Positions 1 to 15,107 of a DNA stretch of 64,000 nucleotides are shown in pieces (within the stretch, counting starts at the first letter, position 1; every line of letters begins with the position of its first letter). The DNA comes from the human T2T-CHM13v2.0 reference genome, Homo sapiens. The notes under the pieces were generated by a model. The model saw only the letters and a program-made list of their open reading frames with translations, was not told the origin of the DNA and made no database searches. The stretch is taken from NCBI RefSeq assembly GCF_009914755.1, contig NC_060947.1. The stretch is one strand, 5' to 3'. The translations under genes were made by a program, and so were the position numbers.

Positions 1-295
1 AATCCTTTTATAATAAAAACCCTCAAAACACATGGACAGAAGAAACAAACCTCAACATAGCAAAAGCCACACACAACAAACCCACAACTAGTATCATACT
101 CAGTGAGAAAAAACTGAAAGCCTATTCTGTAAGATATGTAATATGACCAAAACCAAAACCATATGCAGATCAATCAATGCTATACAGCTTATCAACAGAA
201 TGAAGGATAAATCACATGATGAAAATGCCCACTTTCATCACTGTTATTAAACATATTGGAAGTCCTAGCTAGAACAATCAGATAAGAGAAAGTAA

Positions 296-374
296 AAGGA
301 AGGGAGGGAGGGAAGGAAGGGAGGGAGGGAAGGAAGGAAGGAAGGAAGGAAGGAAGGAAGGAAGGAAGGAAGGA
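296..374 (+). repeat. (GGAA)n/(GGGA)n purine microsatellite
   Basis: Direct reading; explains the PSFL repeat in the 192..566 ORF. Confidence 0.97.
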
Positions 375-593
375 GAAAGGGGAAAATGGCATTAAAATTG
401 GAAAGGAAGAAATCAAATTATGTTTGTTTGCAGATGATATAATGTTATATTTGGAAAAACCTAAACACTCCACCAAAAAACTTGTGTAACTGATAAACAA
501 ATTCAATGTAGTTGCAGGATACAAAATCAACATACAAATTAATACCATTGTATTTGCCAACAGCAAGAAATCTGAAAATCAAATTTTAAAAAC

Positions 594-704
594 TTACAAT
601 AGCTACTAATAAAATTAAATACTTACTAATAGCTACTAATAAAATTAGTACAATTACAATTGCTACTAATAAAATTACAATTACAATAGCTACTAATAAA
701 ATTA
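594..704 (+). repeat. Four near-tandem copies of a ~24-bp unit ttacaatagctactaataaaatta
   Basis: Copies at about 594-617, 623-647, 654-677 and 681-704. Confidence 0.9.
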
Positions 705-949
705 AATATTTAAAGAGGTTCCAAGACGGCCGAATAGGAACAGCTCCAGTCTACAGCTCCCAGCATGAGCCATGCAGAAGACGGGTGATTTCTGCATTTC
801 CAACTGAGGTACCAGGTTCATCTCACTGGGGCTTATCAGGCAGTGGGTGCAGGACACTGGGTGCAGCCCAGTGAGAGTGAGCCAAAGCAGGGCGAGGCAT
901 CGCCTCACCCAGGAAGTGCAAGGGGTCAGGGAATTCCCTTTTCTAGTCA

Positions 950-1163
950 AAGGAAGCTGTAACAGATAGTACCTGGAAAACTGGGTCACTCCCACCCTAA
1001 TACTGTACTTTTTCAATGGTCTTAGCAAATGGCACACCAGAAGAATATATCCTATGCCTGGCTCAGAGGGTCCCATGCCCACGGAGCCTTGCTCATTGCT
1101 AGCACAGCAGTCTGAGATCTAACTGCAAGGTGGCAGCGAGGCTGGGAGAGGGGCGCCCGCCAT
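950..1163 (-). pseudogene. L1 ORF0 remnant in the antisense 5'UTR, premature stop at codon 15
   Basis: Minus strand from ATG at 1163 reads MAGAPLPASLPPCS*ISDCCASN..GPSEPGIGY..IRVGVTQFSR, matching the L1 ORF0 peptide; downstream limit approximate. Confidence 0.8.
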
Positions 1164-1714
1164 TGCTGAGGCTTGAGTAGGTAAACAAAGCGGCCAGGAA
1201 GCTCGAACTGGGTGGAGCCCACCTCAGCTCAGACTCCACCTGTGGGGGCAGGGCATAGCTCAAGAAAAGGCAGCAGAAACTTCTGCAGACTTAAATGTCC
1301 CTGTGTGACAGCTTTGAAGAGAGTAGTGGTTCTCCCAGTACAGAGTTTGAGATCTGAGAAAGGACAGACTGCCTCCTCAAGTGGGTCCCTAACACCCAAG
1401 TAGCATAACTGGAAGGCTCCTCCCAGAAGAGACTGACTGAAACCTCACGGCCAGGTGCCCCTCTGAGACGAAGCTTCCAGAAGAAAAATCAGGCAGCAAC
1501 AATTGTTGTTCTGCAATATTCACTGTTCTGCAGCCTCCGCTGGTGATACCCAGGAAAACAGGGTCTGGAGTGGACCTCCAGCAAACTCCAACAGACCTGC
1601 AGCTGAGGATCCTGACTGTTAGAAGGAAAACTAACATAAAGAAAGGACATCCACAAGAAAACCCCACCTGTACATCACCGTGATCAAAGACCAAAGGTAG
1701 ATAAAACCACAAAG

Positions 1715-2702
1715 ATGGGGAGAAACCAAAGCAGAAAAGCTGAAAATTCTAAAAATCAGAGCTCCTCTTCTCCTCCAGAGGAATGCAGCTCCTCGCCAGC
1801 AATGGAAGAAAGGTGGGTGGAGAATGACTTTGATGAGTTGAGAGAAGAAGGCATCAGATGTTTGAACCCATCACAAAGAAGCTAAAAACCTTGAAAAAAG
1901 ATTAGACAAATGGCTAACTAGAGTAAACAGTGTAGAGAAGACATTAAATGACCTGATGGAGCTGAAAACCATGGCATGAAAAGTATGTGATGAATGCACA
2001 AGCTTCAGTAGCCAGTTCGATCAACAGGAAGAAAGGGTATCAGTGATTGAAGATCAAATGAATGAAATGAAGCAAGAAGAGAAGTTTAGAGAAAAAAGAG
2101 TGAAAAGAAATGAACAAAGCCTCCAAGAAATATGGGACTATGTGAAAAGACCAAATCTATGTCTGATTGGTGTACCTGAAAGTGATGGGGAGAATGGAAC
2201 CAAGTTGGAAAACACTCTGCAGGATATTATCCAGGAGAACTTCCCCAATGGAGCAAGGCAGGCCAACATTCAAATTCAGGAAATACAGAGAATGCCACAA
2301 AGATACTCCTTGAGAAAAGCAACTCCAAGACACATAATTGTCAGATTCACCAAAGTTGAAATGAAGGAAAAACTGTTAAGGGCAGCCAGAGAGAAAGGTC
2401 AGGTTACCCACAAAGGGAAGCCCATCAGACTAACAGCTGATTTCTCGGCAGAAACTCTACAAGCCAGAAGAGAGTGGGGGTCAATATTCAACATTCTTAA
2501 AGAAAAGAATTTTCAACCCAGAATTTCATATCCAGCCAAACTAAGCTGCATAAGTGAAGGAGAAATAAAATCCTTTACAGATGAGGAAATGCTGAGAGAT
2601 TTTGTCACCACCAGGCCTGCCTTACAAGAGCTCCTGAAGGAAGCACTAAACATGGAGAGGAACAACTGGTACCAGCTACTGCAAAAACATGCCAAATTGT
2701 AA
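1715..2702 (+). pseudogene. L1 ORF1p, disrupted (internal deletion near 1860, stop); C-terminal 219 aa still open
   Basis: ATG at 1715 (atggggagaaacc); ORF 2043..2702 contains RPNLCLIGVPESDGENGTKLENTLQDIIQENFPN and ends HAKL. Confidence 0.95.
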
Positions 2703-2765
2703 AGACCATTGATGCTAGGAAGAAACTGCATCAGCTAACGAGCAAAATAACCAGCTAACATCATA

Positions 2766-6564
<3,799 letters not shown>

Positions 6565-6790
6565 ACAATGAGAACACTTGGACACAGGAAGGGGAACATC
6601 ACACACCGGGGCCTGTCATGGGGTGGGGGGAGAGGGGAGGGATAGCATTAGGAGATATGCCTAATGTAAATGACGAGTTAATGGGTGCAGCACACCAACA
6701 TGGCACATGTATACATATGTAACAAACCTGCACATTGTGCACATGTACCCTAGAACTTAAAGTATAATAATAAAAAAAACAGTTTGGGGG

Positions 6791-6876
6791 CCACTGTTGT
6801 AGTACAAAAGAAGCCATGGACAATATGTAAATGAATGAACATGACTGTGTTATAATAAAACTTTATTTACAAAGAA
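6791..6876 (+). mobile_element. MER58-like (hAT-Charlie) internal fragment carried in the L1 3' transduction
   Basis: ctgttgtagtacaaaagaagccatggacaatatgtaaatgaatgaacatgactgtgttataataaaactttatttacaaa resembles the MER58A core; no terminal inverted repeats. Confidence 0.75.
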
Positions 6877-6926
6877 AAAAATCAATAAATAATGCTGCCT
6901 GAAAAAAAATTAAATTACATATTTAA

Positions 6927-9140
<2,214 letters not shown>

Positions 9141-9444
9141 ATAGTAGCATTTATTTTTGAATACGTATAACTGTATTTTCTTCTTTTTTTGCATTTGTAA
9201 ATTTTATATAAGTTATAAAAAGGGATACAACTATTTTTAATTTGGAAAACAAAAACTAGTAAGTAAACATATACTGGACATTGGTGACTCATTTTGTTTT
9301 AAATAATACATGTTTGCCTTAGTGAATTAAAGAGCAAATACATTTTATATTTACCAAAAACATATTGTGCCATATTCATTTGGTTTAGTCAAGCTTGAAA
9401 TCAATCACAAACTGTTCGTTCTGTTGCTTTGGTCTGATCTTCAC

Positions 9445-9562
9445 TAGTTGGTACTATCTTTGGGTATAAATACTATTTTAGTACTATCTTTGGGCATAGC
9501 ATATCCTTGGGTGTAATATTATCTTTGGGTATAGTATTAGTTGGTACTATCCTTGCAGTATA
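9445..9562 (+). repeat. Degenerate short repeat cluster, about 5 copies of tactatctttgggtata
   Basis: Copies at about 9452, 9482, 9502, 9517 and 9545; tagttggtactatc occurs at both 9445 and 9538. Confidence 0.8.
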
Positions 9563-12500
9563 AATATATATCAAAATCCATAAAACCAAATATAATCTTC
9601 CCAAAATAAATGGAATGTTGCGTTCCCATTATTCTTCAAGACTAATATATAGTCTTTAGTACTTAGCATATTAGTTATGCATTATAAAGACTCAGAAGAC
9701 AAAATATTTCATAAACATAATGTATCCTCAAAATTTTAAATGGAAACAATAACAAGAAAAAATACTGGCATTCTAGATGCAGAAGTGCACATAAAAACAT
9801 TCCTTCCCTCTTTCTGAGACATCACAGAGAATTTTCATTGTGAAGAAATTGGAGACACCATTCAATGGCATACACACAGATAGAAAAAATCTTACTGAAA
9901 ACAAAAAGAGACATGATTTGTTTTAGAAAGGAACATGTCTCCACAGTAATTTTTTCATGAAGTGAAAGAAAACGTTTAAGTCACAGGTTAACTCTATGAT
10001 TCATATATCCATATTATTGTGGACTTCTGTAGAGGGCTAGCTCTTCTAGTATTTCATCATTTACTATTGTGTGCTCCCTCTGCTGGATTGCTGACCATAC
10101 AACAAGAGAACATTGTACATGGGTAAAGAATTTCACTCTTCTAGGTCATTTTCTATGTTTAGTGGCATATTAAAATACCAAATTTTAAAATCTGAATGAA
10201 TATAAGTAAATGTCACAATTTTTTGGAAGTCATTTTTTGGCTTGGCGTGTCTACTATTAACTCAAGTATCATGACATGTGTGTTTAGTACTCCAGGGTGC
10301 CTTTTAAACTGAACATTTGTAAGTTTGGTATCTTTATTACAGATCTACATACCATCATCTTTCCTTGAGGTTGATATCTTGCTTTCATTTTTACCTATAA
10401 TTCAAATATGTTTTGAAATTTACTTCACACTTGGACATTTGTTTTCACACTCTTCTATTTCTAAGCAACTATAGCCCTGGTTTTCCTGGACAGTTACAGG
10501 TTATAATTATTGTTTTTGTAATAGTATTAATAGAAGTAATAACACTTTTTTTCTGAAAAAATTCGTATTTGGATGAGAAATGATGACCTTGAAAGTCTTA
10601 CTAATACACAGCCTGTGACAACTACATACCTGACTAAAAGCTTCATATATTTGCTTCTTAGAAAAAATATAAAGTAGTGAATTTTACCTAAACTGCTTAG
10701 AGTCATGTCTCTTCTCTTAGAAGAAAATTAATCAGTGAACAGAATGGTAGACAAGCTAAGGGATTTGGTGATTATGATAATAGGCAGAAGCAATTTTCCA
10801 CTGTTAAGAACTGCCACTATAATAGGGCAACCGATTGTGGCAAAAAGATGTGCACCTTGCCTGCTCACAAATTCTCAGATCTCTCAAGGAATGACACTCT
10901 GCTTTAACCAAGAGCTATTCCTAGGCTTCCATTCTTTGATGCTGTTCTTTGTCCCTTGTGTAAGTTGAAAAGACTGCTTTGTTAATGATTATTGTTTCTT
11001 TATTATGATGACTATGGAAATGAGGGATACTAATGAATAAATAAAAAACTTACCCATAAATAAAAAAAATGACTGCATTAAAAACAAAGTGCACCTTCCA
11101 CCTGTGAATTCTATCTTTCTGATGAAATAAATCAATTAATAGAAGAAACATAACTGAAGATGGACAAAGATGATACCTGTTAAAAATTATTTGAGCTCTA
11201 GTGCTTGTAACTTAAACAATTTGCATTCAGTTTGCTCTGGGTGTCCAAGTTCTATCAGCAAACAAAAATGATTAATTATTTAACTAATTCAGATATGTGT
11301 AATAATGTTATATATTAGTAAATAGAAAACTTGAATCCCCAAAAGACTGCATCTAGACTACTAAGAAACCATCTAGAATTTTATCTAAAGTGATATAAAA
11401 CTTCAGGCTCTATTTTAAAGCAAATTAAAATGTACAAATGAAATGAGAAAGTGAGAAACGATTTGCCAATATCTAACTTGGATGTAGAAAGTGGAAATAG
11501 ATTCCATGGCCTTCATTAACAATTTAAGACTAAGTAAAATTCAAGAACTTCATTTTATGGATGTCTACATGGAGGAATCATTAGTAGTTAGAATATTATG
11601 ACATGCATTAGCTGTTCATTTACTCTGTACCTGAAATGTATTCTTTTTTATATGAATGTTTGACTCCCAAAGCATACATATATGGTTCTTACAATATTTG
11701 CTAAGCCAGCTTCCCCCAAAGACTTTGTCATAATCCAGACTTAAAAACAAAGATCATTTTTACATCTGAAGGCTTGAGAGAGGCAATAGAAAGAACAAAG
11801 AAGCCATGAAGCTCTCTGAAAATGGAGCTTTTTGGTGGAACAAGGAAAATTATGAGCCTGCAGGAGTAAAATGAGTAATTAAGTCAACAGCATGCCTTTA
11901 TCTTATGGCTGATGGAGTGAAACTACAACTTAGCTCTGGGCAAAAAATAACTGAATTTAGTGTTCTCATGTTGTTACTGAAAGCAAAATGAGAAGGACTA
12001 AATTAACAATTTATTAAGAGAGAAGTCAATTGGTTTGAGAAGCCAGTTATTCCCAGTCCTGTAAAATTAAAGGACAAAGTCAACAATAAGAAAAAATATA
12101 TTTCGGACATGGCTGGGGAGGGAGGGCAAGATGGCTTACTACACGCAGCCAGGTGGAACAGTTGCCACCGAGGGACCGAGATGATGACTGGCACATTCCT
12201 AACAGATCTTCAGAGGGAAAGCACTAGAGTACATGGAGGCAAGACAAAGAAGCTAGGCTGAAGGGGGAGAACGCTGGGAACTCTCCAGGGCGTGATCGCA
12301 CACCAGGACTCATTCCTGGCCCCCAATGACTTGGGGGAATGGATGAGTTTTACTGGCAAAAAGCAACCTGCTCTCTCCATGGGCCTCTGGAATCCCAGCA
12401 GAAGGAAACCCCTCGGCCACCTGACACTAGAGTTGGCAGGGAGAGGTGCTTAGAGAAGTGGTAGGGGCAGCAAACAGCTGATGTGGAGCCTAGAGAGTCC

Positions 12501-15107
12501 GGTGCGGGAGCATCTGTGACTGAACATGGACACGGTCAGCTATCCTCCTAGGCTCCACTTGCTCGCATAGAAGACTTTAGCCCCAGGGGAATTGTTGGGG
12601 CTGAATTCTGCAGGGTGGTCTCGCCCATCAGATGGAGCTGGTCCAATCTCAGCACCCCTTGGTCTGTTGGCTTCTCCCGGGGCCCCAGCCTGGCTGGCCG
12701 GCTTGCAGGACAGCCTCAAGTGCCCTGGGAACTCAAGTAATGCCTCCTGTGCTGGCAGACCATGACTTACCAGCAGAGAGCTCAAGTGCGGTGGCCAGCC
12801 TACCTGCTCGTTACCCACACTGCAACTTTCACCAGGCCCCAGTAACGCCCATATTGCTTTGCTGGCACGTGTGTGCCTTTCTTGCCCTGCCAGTGCACGT
12901 GTGTGCATGCACCCTGCCCTGCCACTGCTGCAGCGAGAGCGCAGTTCACCCCTTCCTCTCCTTGCCAACCACCATTGCAGGCAGAGCCTTGACGGGCACA
13001 GCACCAGCCAGCCCCATACCCGCCAGTGCCTCACCCTTGCATCAACAGTGCCGCAAAAGTGAAACTAGGTACGAAGAAGAGCAGACCCTCCCCTGCCCTC
13101 AGCAACCACCTCTGACTGCAACACACAGAGAGTGCACACAAACCTGGGCCCACCAGTGCCCCGCCCCATGCAAACACCACTACCAGTGTGACTGCACACA
13201 CAGTCACCAGCAGAGGCCCCGTGAAACCGCCCCCAGCTACATTTTCCCCAACCTTGTGGTGAACTCCCACACTGAGACAAGCAGCCCAGCAGGCGCTACC
13301 ACCCTTCCACAGCCAATGAACATGCAACCAGCTGCACTGCCACTGCTGGGGGCTGCTGGCATGTGCAAATGAGGACAAATCCTGCTGTCACAGCACTATG
13401 AAATGCTTTGGTTGACACCACGTTAAAGGGTAGTGCCCAGTGGTCTGGGAGCACCTCTGTCCCCACCCCATTCCCACCCCCAACACAGTGGATTCCTAAC
13501 CTGGAGGAGCCAGATCAAAAAGTCAGGGCCTCATAAAAGTCCCTCATAGTTAGAATAGGGAGTCCAGGAGTTGGGAGCTGAGTGCTGGCCCCCTAAAGTC
13601 TTCCATCAACAAAGCCATTTGGCTGAATCCACCTTTTACCATGATCAAATCCTCAAGGTCATCAAATAAAATAAAAGAAATAAATCCATCCAAAGGTCAG
13701 AAACATCAAGCACTGAAGAAACATAAGCCCACAAATATGAGAAAAAACTAATGCAAGAACTCTGAAAATGTAAAAAGCCAGAGTGCTTTCTTTCCTCCAA
13801 GCAACAGCACCACCTCCCCACCAAGTGTTCTGAACCAGGCTGAGAGGGCTAAAATGACAGGAATAGAATTCAGAATATGGGTAGCAATGAAGATCATTGA
13901 GATACAGGAGTATGTTTAAAGCTAATCCAAGGAAGCTGAAAATCATAAAACGATGCAGGAGTTGACAGGCAAAATATCCAATGTAAAAAATTACATAACT
14001 TACCTGAAAAACCTAAAAAACACACTGTAAGAATTTCATAATGCAAACATAAGTATTAATAGCAGAACAGGCAAAGCAGAAGAAGCAGAGCCAGTCTTCA
14101 GGCTCTGAGATAAGACACTGAGACAATAATGGAGAAAAAATAATTTAAAGGAACAAACAAAAACTCTGAAAAATATGAGATTATGTAAAGAGATCAAGTC
14201 TATGATGCATTTGTTTCCCTGAAAGAGATGGGGAAAGTGTAAGCAACTTGGAATACATATTTCAGGATATCATCCATGAGAACTTATACAACCTAGCTAG
14301 AGAGGCCAACATTCATATTCAGGAAATACAGAGAATTCCAGTAAGACACTTCACAAAAAGATTGTTCCCAAGACACACAATCATCAGATTCTCTAAGGTC
14401 AAAATGAAAGAAAAATGTTAGAGGCAGCTAAAGAGAAATTCAGGTCACCTACAAAGGAAAGCTCATCAGACTAACAGTGGACCTCTCAGCAGAAACTCTA
14501 TAAGCCGGAAGAGATTGGCGGCCAATATTCAACATTATTAAAAAAAAAAAAAAGAAATTCAAGCCCAGGATTTCATATTCAACCAAACTAAGCTTCATAA
14601 GCAGAGGAGAAATAATATCATTTTTGCACAAGCAAATGCAGTGGGAATTTGTTACCAACAGAACTGCCTTACAGAAACTCATGAAGGAAGCATTAAATAT
14701 GGAAAAAGACCATTACCAGCCACTATAAAAAGACACTTAAGTGCACAGACCAATGACACTGAAAAATAACCACACAAACTAGTCTGCATAATAATTAACA
14801 ACCATCATGGTGACAGGATCAAATTCACACATACCAATGCTAACCTTAAATGTAAATAGGTTAACCGCCCCAGTTAAAAGGCACAGAGTAGCAAGGTAGA
14901 TAAAACAGCAAGACCCAATTTAATTCTTTCTTCAAAAGACTCGTCTCACATGCAATGACACTCATAGTCTGAAAATAAAGGGATGGAAGAAAATCTACCA
15001 AGCAAGTGGAAATTAGAAAAAAGCAGGGGTTACAGCCCTAATTTCAGACAAAACAGACTTTCAACTAAAAAGATAAAAAATGACAAAGAAGGGCATTCCA
15101 TAATGGT

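Larger units (their letters stand above)
1..713 (+). mobile_element. Old L1MA-type LINE-1 ORF2 (RT region) fragment; 5' part of the host element interrupted by the L1PA at 715
   Basis: Degenerate ORF2 sequence (cccacaactagtatcatact, tttgcagatgatat = FADD motif, gttgcaggatacaaaatcaacatac); continues colinearly at 6927. Confidence 0.9.

Noticed and set aside
192-566. ORF with a PSFL repeat
   Set aside because: Antisense L1 plus the (TTCC)n microsatellite
594-704. CRISPR-like array (also considered for 9445-9562)
   Set aside because: Eukaryotic context, spacers are very short and derived from the repeat, and there are no cas genes
6619-6642. G-quadruplex motif as a novel element
   Set aside because: It is the standard G-rich tract of the L1PA 3'UTR
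12540-13378. Long ORFs (246 aa plus strand, 164 aa minus strand) as novel genes
   Set aside because: They lie in the GC-rich, internally repetitive 5'UTR of an old L1, where stop codons are rare; no recognisable domain
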